64,000 bases of DNA from the NCBI GenBank assembly GCA_963778865.1, contig CAVZWF010000006.1, forward strand, positions 135,959 to 199,958, written 5' to 3'. Every line of letters begins with the position of its first letter. Position 1 is the stretch's first letter. The translations under genes were made by a program, and so were the position numbers. Positions 1 through 9,495 of the stretch are shown one piece after another. This stretch comes from an uncultured beta proteobacterium. GTDB taxonomy: Bacteria; Pseudomonadota; Gammaproteobacteria; Burkholderiales; SG8-41. The notes under the pieces were generated by a model, which had not been told where the DNA came from, searched no databases, and was given only the letters and a program-made list of their open reading frames with translations.

Positions 1-299
1 GCAGTGGCGACCGCGAGCAGCGTCTGCCCGTCGGGTGCGGCGTGCGCGACGACCTCGGCCGCGAGCGTGCCGCCGGCGCCGGGACGATTGTCGGCGACGA
101 TCTGCTGGCCGAGCTCCTCGCCCATGCGGGCAGCAAGAATGCGGCTCACGTTGTCGACCGATGCGCCGGGGTTCTGCGGCACCATCAGGCGGATCGGGCG
201 CGCCGGATAATCGGCGGCAGCGCGTTGCGCGGCGCATGCGGCGGTGCCGAACGCGCACGCGAACGCGCAAACGAAGAAGAATTTTTGGAAACTGGTCAT
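1..299 (-). CDS. Bug/TctC-family periplasmic solute receptor (tripartite tricarboxylate transporter substrate-binding protein), N-terminal part, runs off window
   Basis: ATG at 299 on minus strand. My translation is MTSFQKFFFVCAFACAFGTAACAAQRAAADYPARPIRLMVPQNPGASVDN...ADNRPGAGG...APDGQT: signal peptide plus the YPxRPIR and NRPGAGG motifs shared with the other Bug genes here. Absent from the ORF track because it is open at the window edge. Confidence 0.8.
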   Translation of the reverse strand, partial: MTSFQKFFFVCAFACAFGTAACAAQRAAADYPARPIRLMVPQNPGASVDNVSRILAARMGEELGQQIVADNRPGAGGTLAAEVVAHAAPDGQTLLAVAT

Positions 300-414
300 C
301 GCGAAGCGTGCAATATAACATGTGGCTATTTGACACGGCTGCCGCCGGTCAAATATCTCGCCGGATACGAGCGGACGCGAAGCGCCGCTCAATCCGTCGG
401 ATCGGAAAGAATAG

Positions 415-1077
415 GTGCAGATCATGGTTTGCAGATTCGTATTGGCACTGTCAATTATCGCAGCATCAGGCGCGGCTGCCATCGCGCAGTCGCCCGACCA
501 CGCCCATCACAGCTTCAGCGGCGCCGAGCATTGGGCGAAAGTCTTCGACGATCCGGAACGCGACAAGTGGCAGAAGCCGCATGAGGTCATTACCGCGCTG
601 AAGCTCGCGCCCGACGCGGCGGTCGCCGACATCGGTTCAGGCACCGGCTACTTTGCGGTGCGCTTCGCGCATATGCTGCCGAAGGGACGCGTCTACGGCG
701 TGGACGTCGAACCCGACATGGTGAAATATCTGGCCGAACGCGCGACAAAAGAAAAACTCGCCAACCTCACGGCGGTCGCCGGCGCACCCGACGATGCGCG
801 CATCCCCGCGCCGGTCGACCTGGTGATCCTGGTCGACGTCTACCATCACATCGACAAACGCGCGGATTACTTCCGCAAACTGCGCGCGTCGCTCAAGCCC
901 GGCGGCCGCGTCGCGGTCATCGACTTTCGCATGGAAGCGCCGTCGGGTCCGCCGAAGTCCGCGCGCATTGCGCCGGACCGCGTCAAAGCGGAAATGAACG
1001 ACGCAGGATATGCGCTGGGCGAGGAGCACGCGTTTCTGCCGAATCAGTATTTCCTCATTTTCAAACCGGCGACGTAG
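415..1077 (+). CDS. class I SAM-dependent methyltransferase with N-terminal signal-like segment
   Basis: 220-aa ORF. Motif I VADIGSGTGYF, post-I VYGVDVE, LKPGGRVAVID. Hydrophobic N-terminus LALSIIAASGAAAIA. Confidence 0.8.
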   Translation: MQIMVCRFVLALSIIAASGAAAIAQSPDHAHHSFSGAEHWAKVFDDPERDKWQKPHEVITALKLAPDAAVADIGSGTGYFAVRFAHMLPKGRVYGVDVEPDMVKYLAERATKEKLANLTAVAGAPDDARIPAPVDLVILVDVYHHIDKRADYFRKLRASLKPGGRVAVIDFRMEAPSGPPKSARIAPDRVKAEMNDAGYALGEEHAFLPNQYFLIFKPAT

Positions 1078-1188
1078 CGCGAGAGCGCGAAGTGCAATTA
1101 AGTGGTTAGCGCTCAATTTTTAGATGAAGCAAGCAAAATGATTGATTACTCAATTACTCAGTGGTTGAGAGGTCACTTCAAAGATGCT

Positions 1189-1216
1189 CCCTCTCCCCAC
1201 ATCAGTGGGGAGAGGG
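1189..1216. repeat. REP-like hairpin (CCCTCTCCCCA / TGGGGAGAGGG), GEG-type intergenic repeat
   Basis: 11-bp perfect stem 1189-1199 / 1206-1216 with a 6-nt loop, just upstream of the Bug gene start. Related C-rich/G-rich hairpins at 17795-17819, 38655-38670, 48096-48128 and 53105-53129. Confidence 0.5.
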
Positions 1217-1236
1217 CCGGGGTGAGGGGACGCGAC

Positions 1237-2208
1237 ATGAAATCACAAATTTATTTTGCCGCTCTCGCCTCGTGTATCACCGTACTTCCCGTCTTTGCCG
1301 CGGATGCGCCGGGCTATCCGAACAAGACGATCCGCATCGTCGTGCCGTTTCCGCCCGGCGGCATCGCCGACGTGATGTCGCGCGTGTTCGGCCAGAAGTT
1401 CACCGACACGTGGACCCAGCCGGTGGTGATCGATAACCGCACCGGCGCCGGCGGCAATATCGGCGCGGAGGTGGTCGCCAAGTCGCCGCCCGACGGCTAT
1501 ACGCTCGTGATGGGCACCATCGGCACGCACGCGGTGAACGTGAGCCTCTTCTCCAAGCTGCCGTACGACCCGGTCAGGGATTTCGCGCCGGTCGCGCTTG
1601 TCGTCGAAGCCGACGGTCTGCTGGTGCTGCATCCGTCGGTGCCGGCCAAGACGGTCAAGGAGTTGATTGCGCTCGCGCGTGCGCGGCCCGGTCAATTGGT
1701 TTACGCGTCGGCGGGCAACGGTACCGCCGGGCACCTTGCCGGAGAACTCTTCAAATCGCTGGCGAAAATCGACCTCGTGCACATTCCGTACAAAGGCAAC
1801 GTGCCGGCGATCACCGATCTCGTCGGCGGCCAAACCTCGATGCTTTTCGCGACCATGCCGACCGTCATGCCGCTCGCCCGCGCCGGCAAGCTCTACGCGA
1901 TGGCCGTAACCGGGGCGCAGCGCAATCCGGCGGCACCCGAAGTGCCCGCGATGGCGGAAACGCTTCCCGGCTTCGAGGTCACCAACTGGATCGGCATTTT
2001 CGCACCGGCGGGCACGCCGGCGGACATCGTCGCCAAACTCAATACCGAGATCATGCGCATCATGCGCCTGCCCGAAGTCCAGGCGCGGCTCGTCACCGAA
2101 GGCGCAAAGTCCCGGTCCAACACGCCCGGGCGAATTCGGCGCGTTCCAGAAAATGGAGATCGCGAAGTGGAGCAAACTCATTAAGGAAGCGCGCATTTCG
2201 GTGGACTG
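1237..2208 (+). pseudogene. Bug/TctC-family solute receptor, one frameshift near the 3-prime end as given
   Basis: ATG 1237. Signal peptide MKSQIYFAALASCITVLPVFA, then YPNKTIRIVVPFPPGG and DNRTGAGG. The frame is lost at CCCGGG 2125-2130; the +1 frame reads PGEFGAFQKMEIAKWSKLIKEARISVD*, a family-typical C-terminus ending at TGA 2206-2208. Confidence 0.85.
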
Positions 2209-2259
2209 ACGGGGCTACCGCTGCACCGGACGCTCAACTTATCGCTCACGGAGGACAAT

Positions 2260-2496
2260 ATGAAGACAATGACCTGCAAACAACTTGGTGGTGCTTGTGA
2301 CAAGAAATTTCATGCAACCTCGTTTAACGAGATTGCTGGAATGAGCAAACAACACGCCATGGAAATGTTTCAGAACAAGGATGCCGCGCATCTTAAAGCC
2401 ATGAATGAAATGCAAGAGCTTATGAAGAAACCGGAAGCAATGAAAGAATGGTTTGAGAACAAAAGGAAGGAATTTGAGGCATTACCCGAGGAATAA
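2260..2496 (+). CDS. small hypothetical protein, tentatively DUF1059-like
   Basis: 78-aa ORF MKTMTCKQLGGACDKKFHATSFNEIAGMSKQHAMEM..., GGAGGA-like RBS upstream, visibly lower GC than its neighbours. The family call is from memory of the DUF1059 N-terminal Cys pattern only. Confidence 0.45.
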   Translation: MKTMTCKQLGGACDKKFHATSFNEIAGMSKQHAMEMFQNKDAAHLKAMNEMQELMKKPEAMKEWFENKRKEFEALPEE

Positions 2497-2537
2497 GAAT
2501 GACGGTAACGCTGCGAACCAGCAACACACCTGACAAC

Positions 2538-2600
2538 GCCATAACCGGCAGTGAAAAGCGGCGCTCCTTCGTCGCCCCGCTTTTCACTGCCGGTTATGGC
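2538..2600. repeat. 24-bp perfect inverted repeat (stem-loop), no U-tract
   Basis: GCCATAACCGGCAGTGAAAAGCGG (2538-2561) and its exact reverse complement (2577-2600), with a 15-nt loop. Lies between the stop of the 2260-2496 gene and the TfoX-like gene. Confidence 0.7.
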
Positions 2601-2632
2601 GAACGTCAAGCCATTCCAACTGGAAAAAACCC

Positions 2633-2971
2633 ATGTCGTACGACGAAGGCCTTGCGCAGAGATTGAGGGAGTCGCTGCAATTCCAGCGAGGCATCTCCGA
2701 AAAGAAAATGTTCGGCGGCCTTGCCTTCATGTCTCGCGGCTACATGTTCCTCGGGATCACCGGCGACACGCTCATGGCGAGAGTTGGCCCCGTGTTTTAT
2801 CAACAGGCGCTGTCGCGTCCCTACGTGCGGGTGATGGATTTCACCGGAAAGCCCATGAAGGGCTATGTCTTTATCGATCCGCCGGGATTCGAGAACGATT
2901 CGGACCTGTCCGACTGGATCCGGCGATGCCATCAGTTCGTGCAATCGCTTCCGCCAAAGAAGACCAAATGA
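2633..2971 (+). CDS. TfoX/Sxy N-terminal domain family protein
   Basis: 112-aa ORF with KKMFGGLAFMSRGYMFLGITGDTLMARV, typical of the TfoX_N domain. Confidence 0.75.
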   Translation: MSYDEGLAQRLRESLQFQRGISEKKMFGGLAFMSRGYMFLGITGDTLMARVGPVFYQQALSRPYVRVMDFTGKPMKGYVFIDPPGFENDSDLSDWIRRCHQFVQSLPPKKTK

Positions 2972-3026
2972 GCTCGCGTTCCGACTCTCGCGACCGGTCG
3001 AAACCGCGGGCCAGTTGCGACGAATG

Positions 3027-4388
3027 TTAAATCACCCCCCGCATGTTCGCGACCTTCTCGATCGCGCTGAACTCGGCGAAGACTTTCTCCGCACCCGCAC
3101 CGAGCACGCCCTTCGTGATGGTCACGAACTTCTCGCGCAATTGATCGTGCGTCAACGGCTGTTGCGGCATGCCGGGGAAATGCGGCAGGTCCCGAGTAAA
3201 CTCGCGGCCGTCTTTCAGCTTGACGGTGACGCGGCTCGCGAGCGGATTGTTCGTGACCGGGTCCTTGCGCACTTCAACCTTGACGTTGCGGCATAACGCG
3301 CGGATTTTCGCGTCGACGCGCGATTCCTCGGAAAACGAGTCCGGCTCGCGCGGATTGCGGTAGAACGCAAGCGCCACGTTGAACGGCGCGCTGTACTGCG
3401 CCATCGTCATGTCCTGCGGCTCGGGAATGTTGTGATGGCTGAACATCTTCTCGCTGCCCTCTATCGTGATGGACGCAATGTCGTCGCCCTTGATCCCGTG
3501 TTTGTCCTTCAGTTCGAGCGCCGCGGTCACCGGCACGTGCGAAGTGACATGGCACGAGTAGCGCTTCAACGTGAGCGTGAGCAGCTTCCAGACTTCGCCC
3601 AGCCCCGCCGTCAGGCGCGCCGCGTCACCCTCGTGGCAGAACACGTTCATGTAGCCAAACCTGCCCTCGAGCACCGTGGTGGGCCCGCTGAAGCCATTCT
3701 TCGCGAGCGTCGCCGCCAGCACGCCGGATTCCGCGGCGCGCCCGAGATGCAGGCGCTTCACCATGCCGCCGCCCGACTTGGAAAACTCGAGCAGGCCGCA
3801 ACCCAGCGAGCCGGCGATGCCGAGTGCGTTCGCCATCTGTTCCGCGGTGAGCTTGAGCAGGCGTCCGGCAATGACCGCGCCGCCGAAGGCACCCGTCACG
3901 CCCGGCGCGTGAAAGCCGATATGCTCGGTCGATTGTTTCGACGCGTCGCCGATGCGGTGCATCACCTCGCCGCCCGCGACCACCGCCGTGATGAAGTCCC
4001 TGCCGCTCGCGCCGATTTCCTGCGCGATCGCGAGCCCCGGCGCGGTCAATGACGCGCCCGGATGCACGCCGGCGCTCGGCTGCACGAGGCAATCCATTTC
4101 GAATGCGTGCGCGAGCGCGCCATTCGCGAGCGCCGCAAGCGGCGCGTGCACTTTTACCGAGGTGCCAAGTATCGCGCTCTGCCCGCCACGCCCGTACTGC
4201 TCGGCGTAACCGATGACAATCTTGCTCCACGGCAGCGTGCTGCCATAGGTGCACGCGCCGACGGTGTCGATCACGCACGCCTGCGCGCGCTCGATGACGT
4301 TGGCCGGAATGCGCTCGTATTGCAGTTGGGTTGCGAATTCAGCCAGTGTTTGCGCGGCGGTCAGTTTTTTTTTGGCGCTGGTATCCAT
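3027..4388 (-). CDS. MmgE/PrpD family protein (2-methylcitrate dehydratase-like)
   Basis: Intact ORF. I place the start at MDTSAKKKLTAAQTLAEFA (4388) because the longer track ORF runs into the palindromic repeat at 4477-4549. Length and motifs (GACTYGS..HAFEMD..HPGA..GFHAPG) fit PrpD-like proteins. Confidence 0.85.
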   Translation of the reverse strand: MDTSAKKKLTAAQTLAEFATQLQYERIPANVIERAQACVIDTVGACTYGSTLPWSKIVIGYAEQYGRGGQSAILGTSVKVHAPLAALANGALAHAFEMDCLVQPSAGVHPGASLTAPGLAIAQEIGASGRDFITAVVAGGEVMHRIGDASKQSTEHIGFHAPGVTGAFGGAVIAGRLLKLTAEQMANALGIAGSLGCGLLEFSKSGGGMVKRLHLGRAAESGVLAATLAKNGFSGPTTVLEGRFGYMNVFCHEGDAARLTAGLGEVWKLLTLTLKRYSCHVTSHVPVTAALELKDKHGIKGDDIASITIEGSEKMFSHHNIPEPQDMTMAQYSAPFNVALAFYRNPREPDSFSEESRVDAKIRALCRNVKVEVRKDPVTNNPLASRVTVKLKDGREFTRDLPHFPGMPQQPLTHDQLREKFVTITKGVLGAGAEKVFAEFSAIEKVANMRGVI

Positions 4389-4476
4389 GCGGGCTTTCCA
4401 TGTCGAGTCGATGCGTTGATTATAAAGCGGCACGCGCCCTAATTGAGCATCGTGAATGCGGATGACCAGCAATTTC

Positions 4477-4549
4477 GTCATTCCCGCGCAGGCGGGAATC
4501 CAGGTGGCTCTGAAAAGAATCCCTGGATCCCCGCCTGCGCGGGGACGAC
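4477..4549. repeat. palindromic REP-like element (28-bp arms, about 24/28 complementary)
   Basis: GTCATTCCCGCGCAGGCGGGAATCCAGG (4477-4504) versus CCTGGATCCCCGCCTGCGCGGGGACGAC (4522-4549). This is the intergenic repeat type that gives spurious IPAQAGIQ / PACAGMT translations. Confidence 0.7.
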
Positions 4550-4577
4550 AAGTCAATGTGATTGATTCATACGAGGC

Positions 4578-5981
4578 TCAACAGGATTGCTTCCTGCGGT
4601 CGGCGACGCGCTTGATCTTGGACGTCTGCGAAGTGCCGGTGTAAGTATCGAGCGCGCCCTTGTCGGCCGGCGTGACGGTAATGCGCACGCCCAACACCTC
4701 TTTCATGCGGCGCTCGAGATCCGCTTTGAGCGCGGCACGGTCTGCCGCGGAAGTCTCGACCATCACGGTCATCTCGTCGCTGCCGGCCTCGCCCACGCGG
4801 TCGATGAAGCAGAAGAATTCGCCGTTGGTCCGGTTGTCCTCCGCCACCACCGCACCGACCGCCTCGGGAAAAACGTTCACGCCGCGCAGCTTCACCATGT
4901 TGTCGTTGCGCCCGAATATGCGCGCGAGCCGCTTCAACGTGCCGCCGCACGCGCAGCTTCCCGGGACGTAGGCGGAAACGTCGTTCACGTTGAAGCGGAT
5001 CTGCGGCGCGCCGTACTTGTAGAGCGTCGTGATATACACCGTGCCCTTCTCCCCTGCGGGCACGATGCGGCCGGACTCCGGGTCGGCGACTTCGAGGAGG
5101 TACGCGTCTTCCTGCACATGCATGCCCGACTGCTCGCCGCATTCGGCCGCCATCATGCCGCTTTCATGCGTGCCGTACGCATCGAAACACGGCGCGCCCC
5201 ACAGCGCTTCAATTCCGCCGCGGTTCTCCATGCCGAGGTGGGTGCCGATCAGGCGCACGCCGAGGCTCTTCGGATCGATACCCATCTCGTCGCGCGCGAC
5301 GAGCGCCATGTGGCGCAGGTAGGACGGGAAGCCCAGGATCACGTTGATGCCCCACGCCTGCGCGATCTCGATCTGCCGGCGCGTCGGCGTTGTCGCGCCA
5401 CTGCCCGTCATCACCGGAATCGCGCCCGAATAGCGCCACAGAGCCTCGCGCGGCGCGATGCCTCCGTTGGAGAGCCCCAGCGCGTAAGTCACCATCACCA
5501 GATCGCCGGGCCTAACGCCATGCAACGCGAATCTGCGCCCGCCCATGATCGCCATCGTCTCGCGGTCCTGCGGCGCGTAGAGCATGGGTCGCGGAAGACC
5601 CGTCGTGCCGCCGCTCGTCTGCAGCACGAGCGGCATGCGCGCGCCGTCGGCAGGCGTTATGCCCATGAAATCCCCGAACGGCGGATTGCGTTCTATGCTC
5701 TTGCGGATGTCGTGCACGTCGTAGGGCGGGATTTTTTCGAGATCGGCCAGCCCGCGGACGTCGCCGGGTTCCATGCCGGAAGCGCGCCAATGGCGCTGAA
5801 AGAACGGGATTTCCCAACCGCGCCGCAGCGTGGCGAGGAACCTAAGCTCCTGGAGCGCGTGCAGCTCGTCGCGCGACAAGCAAAACGTGGTACGGAAGTA
5901 ATCGGGCGGCGGCGGATAGTCGCGCGCCAGCTGCTCGAAATCGAGCGCGCGCGAGTACCAGGGTATCGATTCGGCGTGCAT
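4578..5981 (-). CDS. phenylacetate-CoA ligase-like adenylate-forming enzyme (PaaK / F390-synthetase family)
   Basis: Intact 467-aa ORF. LQTSGGTTGLPRP (AMP-binding P-loop-like), YGTHE, and VKLRGVNVFP near the C-terminus. Confidence 0.8.
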   Translation of the reverse strand: MHAESIPWYSRALDFEQLARDYPPPPDYFRTTFCLSRDELHALQELRFLATLRRGWEIPFFQRHWRASGMEPGDVRGLADLEKIPPYDVHDIRKSIERNPPFGDFMGITPADGARMPLVLQTSGGTTGLPRPMLYAPQDRETMAIMGGRRFALHGVRPGDLVMVTYALGLSNGGIAPREALWRYSGAIPVMTGSGATTPTRRQIEIAQAWGINVILGFPSYLRHMALVARDEMGIDPKSLGVRLIGTHLGMENRGGIEALWGAPCFDAYGTHESGMMAAECGEQSGMHVQEDAYLLEVADPESGRIVPAGEKGTVYITTLYKYGAPQIRFNVNDVSAYVPGSCACGGTLKRLARIFGRNDNMVKLRGVNVFPEAVGAVVAEDNRTNGEFFCFIDRVGEAGSDEMTVMVETSAADRAALKADLERRMKEVLGVRITVTPADKGALDTYTGTSQTSKIKRVADRRKQSC

Positions 5982-5993
5982 CCGTGGCCTGGA

Positions 5994-6845
5994 CTAGACC
6001 CCGAACAACGCTTCGGCGTTGCGGAAGAACACGTGTTCGAGCGTCTCCTCATCAAACCCGAGCGCGCGCCAGTCGTCGCTGAGCCGCTCGTAGCGGAACA
6101 GCGGATAGTCCGCGCCGAACATGACGCGCCGTTTCAGGCGCCGCGATATTTCGCGCTTCAGCGAGTCGCCGAGGTATTTCGGCGACCAGCCGTGCATTTC
6201 GGCCCACACGTTGGGCTTGTGCAGCATGACGGCGATCATCTCTTCCTGCCACGGCCACGCCGGCCGGCCCGCGATGATCTGCAGGTCCGGATAATCGATC
6301 GCGAGTTCGTCAATGTAGCGCGGATGGCACAGCTCGAGCTTCACTCCCTTGCCGCCGGGAATGCCGGCGCCGGTTCCGGTATAGCCGACGAGAACGAGCA
6401 CCGGCCGCTGCGCCGCGACGGCGACCTCGAAAAACGGACGGTAGATCGCATCGCTCGCCGGATACCCCATTCCCGCGGCGGACACGCACAAGCCGACGAA
6501 GCCGGCGCTCGCGTCAATACAGCGCGCGAATTCCGCGGCACCCGCGCTGCCCGCGCGCGGATCGATCTGCAGCCAGTTGCCGAAAATCACGTCGGGAAAA
6601 CGGCGCTGCGTTTCGAACGCGTAATCGTGGTATTCGCGCACTTTGTCGAGCGGCATGCTCTTGGTGAAGCCGAAATCGAGTATCACGCGGGCGTTATGCC
6701 GGCGGAAGTACGCGGCCATTTCTTCTTCGGTATCGTAACGCGGCGTCGAGCGCCACGTCTTGACCTGTTGCGCGAGTTCCTCCTCGGTCTGCAGAACGTA
6801 ACCGCGTTGGGTGCCCCAGTGCGAATGCAGATCGAACAGTTTCAA
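5994..6845 (-). CDS. amidohydrolase-2 family metal-dependent hydrolase/decarboxylase
   Basis: Intact 283-aa ORF with a TTG start overlapping the upstream Bug stop (TTGA). N-terminal DLHSH metal motif and C-terminal FGADYP..FFRNAEALFG. Confidence 0.8.
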   Translation of the reverse strand: MKLFDLHSHWGTQRGYVLQTEEELAQQVKTWRSTPRYDTEEEMAAYFRRHNARVILDFGFTKSMPLDKVREYHDYAFETQRRFPDVIFGNWLQIDPRAGSAGAAEFARCIDASAGFVGLCVSAAGMGYPASDAIYRPFFEVAVAAQRPVLVLVGYTGTGAGIPGGKGVKLELCHPRYIDELAIDYPDLQIIAGRPAWPWQEEMIAVMLHKPNVWAEMHGWSPKYLGDSLKREISRRLKRRVMFGADYPLFRYERLSDDWRALGFDEETLEHVFFRNAEALFGV

Positions 6846-7804
6846 TTCGCGCTCATGCCGGTGGACTTGATGATCTGCCGCCAGCGCCTGATCTCGGCGC
6901 GCACGAAGGCATCGGCCTGCGCGGGCGTGCCGCCGGCGAATTCAACGCCCTGGCTCGCCATGCGCGCGCGTAATTCCGGATCGCCCATCGCCTTGTTGAT
7001 CTCCGTATTGAGTTTCTGCACGATCTCGCGCGGCGTCGCGGCGGGTGCCAGCACGATATACCACGCGCTGATGTCGAAATCTTTGAGGCCCGCCTCTATC
7101 ATGGTCGACAGTTCGGGCGCCAGCGGCGAGCGTTTGGCGCTGGTCACCGCCAGCGCCTGCAGCTTGCCGGCCTTCACGTGCGGCAGCGCCGTGGTGATCG
7201 TATCGAACATGATGCTCACCTGCCCGCCCAGCACGTCATTCAACGCCGGCGCATTGCCCTTGTACGGCACGTGCACGATGTCGATGCCCGCCACGTGCTT
7301 CAACAGTTCGCCCGAGAGATGCGCGCCCGCGCCGGCACCGCCGGACGCAAACTGGACCTCGCCCGGCCGCGCCTTCGCCAGCGCGATGAGTTCCTTGACC
7401 GAATGCGCGCGAAACGAGGGATGAGTAACCAGAATCAACGGGATATAGCCTACGAACACGACCGCCGCGAAATCCTTCTCCGTGTCGTAGGGCAGCTTGG
7501 GGCTGAAGATCGGGTTCGTCGCGTGCGCCGAATAGCCCATCAGGATCGTGTAGCCGTCGGGCGGTGCCTTCGCCACGAACTCGGTGCCGATCGCGGCACT
7601 CGCCCCCGGCTTGTTGTCGGGGATCACGGCGACCCCCATGCTCTCGGCAATTTTCTGCCCGATCACGCGGGTGAGGATATCGACGCCGCCGCCCGCCGGA
7701 ACCGGCACGACGAACCGGATCGGCTTCGCCGGATACGCCTGGGCCGCGGCCCATGCCGCCGGCAGCGCCAATGCGAGGCCGGTGGCGAAACACAGTGACT
7801 TCAT
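6842..7804 (-). CDS. Bug/TctC-family solute receptor
   Basis: Start at MKSLCFATGLALALPAAWAAAQAYPAKPIRFVVPVPAGGG (7804). Intact, and 4-nt overlap with the downstream amidohydrolase suggests an operon with 5994-6845 and 4578-5981. Confidence 0.85.
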   Translation of the reverse strand: MKSLCFATGLALALPAAWAAAQAYPAKPIRFVVPVPAGGGVDILTRVIGQKIAESMGVAVIPDNKPGASAAIGTEFVAKAPPDGYTILMGYSAHATNPIFSPKLPYDTEKDFAAVVFVGYIPLILVTHPSFRAHSVKELIALAKARPGEVQFASGGAGAGAHLSGELLKHVAGIDIVHVPYKGNAPALNDVLGGQVSIMFDTITTALPHVKAGKLQALAVTSAKRSPLAPELSTMIEAGLKDFDISAWYIVLAPAATPREIVQKLNTEINKAMGDPELRARMASQGVEFAGGTPAQADAFVRAEIRRWRQIIKSTGMSAN

Positions 7805-8088
7805 GAACGGTACTCCTCTGGAAATTCGGCCGCACGGGCCATTCGCTGTCTCGCCGCGCCGCGTATGCCCGACGCCGGATCGGGTATTGCGTGATGATTG
7901 CCGTCGGATGCCCGAAATTATCATTCAATGCGCGCACCGCGTCAAAACCGCCGCGCCGGAATTAGGGAACGGAAACGAGAACGCGCCGCGTGTTACCATA
8001 TTTTTTTTCGGCGACATACTCGCCGCGGCGCCTGGCGGGCGCGATGTACGGCCGCCACGCCTAAGCAGCGAAACAAGGAGGATAAGCG

Positions 8089-9042
8089 ATGAACGTGAGA
8101 ATTCTGTTGTCCGCACTTCTGTGCGCGCTGGGCGCGCCCGCTGGCGCCGGCAATTATCCCGACAAGCCGATCCGCGTGCTCGTGCCGTTCGCGGCGGGCA
8201 CCGGCACCGATATCCTGGCGCGCATCGTGACCGAGGAGTTGCGCACCACGCTGGGCGCGAGTTTCGTGATCGACAACCGGGCCGGCGCCTCGGGCCAGAT
8301 CGCCGCCGAGCTCGCGGCGAAAGCCACGCCCGACGGCTACACGCTGTTCCTCTCCACCAATACGCCGCACTCGGCGAACCCGTTCCTCTTCAAAAAGCTC
8401 TCCTACGATCCGGTCAAGGACTTCGCCGCGGTGTCGCGCATGATTTACTACGTGTTCATCCTGGTGGTAAACCCGAACTCGGGCATCAAGACCGTTCCCG
8501 AGTTGATCGCCTACGTCAAAGCGAACCCCGGCAAGATTTCCTACGCGTTCGGCAACAGCACGGGCCAGGTCAACGGGGCTTACTTCGTGAGTGCCGCCAA
8601 GCTGGATGCACTCCCGGTTCCTTACAAGAGCACGCCACCCGCGATGACAGACCTGATCGCCGGGCAGGTCCAGTTCATGTTCGTCGACGCGGCGTCGAGC
8701 CAGGGACATGTCAAATCGGGCCGGCTGCGCGCCATCGCGCTCATGTCGGATACCCGGTCCACCGCGCTGCCCGAACTGCCGGCTGTCGGCGAAACGGTTC
8801 CGGGGTTCGACACGGTGCCATGGGCCGGCATGTTCGTTCCCGCAGGAACGCCGAAAGCCGTCATCACCCGGCTGAACCAGGAAATCGTCAAGGCGATCAA
8901 CAAGCCGGCGATCAATCAGAAACTGGCGGATGCGGGCCTGCAGCCGGGACCGAGCAGCCCGGCCGAGCTCGACCGGTTCGTCAGGGAACAGCTCGCGGCG
9001 TGGGGCAAGAAAATCAAGGACGCCGGCATACAGCCGGAATAA
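8089..9042 (+). CDS. Bug/TctC-family solute receptor
   Basis: Intact 317-aa ORF, AAGGAGG RBS upstream. MNVRILLSALLCALGAPAGAGNYPDKPIRVLVPFAAGTGTD..DNRAGASG. Confidence 0.9.
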   Translation: MNVRILLSALLCALGAPAGAGNYPDKPIRVLVPFAAGTGTDILARIVTEELRTTLGASFVIDNRAGASGQIAAELAAKATPDGYTLFLSTNTPHSANPFLFKKLSYDPVKDFAAVSRMIYYVFILVVNPNSGIKTVPELIAYVKANPGKISYAFGNSTGQVNGAYFVSAAKLDALPVPYKSTPPAMTDLIAGQVQFMFVDAASSQGHVKSGRLRAIALMSDTRSTALPELPAVGETVPGFDTVPWAGMFVPAGTPKAVITRLNQEIVKAINKPAINQKLADAGLQPGPSSPAELDRFVREQLAAWGKKIKDAGIQPE

Positions 9043-9069
9043 GTGCCGGGGAAAGCGGCGAAGTGCCGC

Positions 9070-9363
9070 CTATTTGCCACAGAGTTTCGCGCTGCTCTCC
9101 TTGGCGTAAATCAGCGCGTTGAACCCGAGGTTGCTGAGGGTCTTGTCGTCGGTGCGGAATATGCACGGCATGTCGCCATAGGCCTGAAACTTGCCGTAGA
9201 GTTCACCCGCGCTCATGCCGTCCTTGAATTCACGCTTGAGCGATTCGTCTATCGTGACCTTCGATGCCTCGACCGCCTCTTCGAGCGTCGCGTAGTCGCC
9301 GACGTGCCGCAACGCTTTCTCGGCGCTGTCCGCCTTGTTGTAAGACTCGACGTAAAATAACAT
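9070..9363 (-). CDS. hypothetical protein
   Basis: ATG at 9363 (MLFYVESYNKADSAEKALRHVGDY...), 97 aa, convergent with the Bug gene. No family recognised. Confidence 0.45.
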   Translation of the reverse strand: MLFYVESYNKADSAEKALRHVGDYATLEEAVEASKVTIDESLKREFKDGMSAGELYGKFQAYGDMPCIFRTDDKTLSNLGFNALIYAKESSAKLCGK

Positions 9364-9495
9364 GTCTGCCTCCGCGCGGTAAGGTTGCAGTATAGCGCGC
9401 CGCGTCGCTAATTGCCGCACGCCACGTTGAGCGGCACACCGTGTCCGCTCCTACGCGGCGCCGCGAGCCGGCGGCGCCGCGTCCGGTCTCGCGGC

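Noticed and set aside
4587-7424. 945-aa ORF on the plus strand spanning three minus-strand genes. Similar long antisense ORFs occur at 55100-56638, 58544-60259, 37304-38500, 25408-26658, 7584-9122 and 44862-46010.
   Set aside because: The translations are Arg/Ala/His-rich and low-complexity with no family motifs. They lie antisense to ORFs with clear homolog-like sequence. This is the usual stop-codon-poor antisense frame of high-GC DNA.
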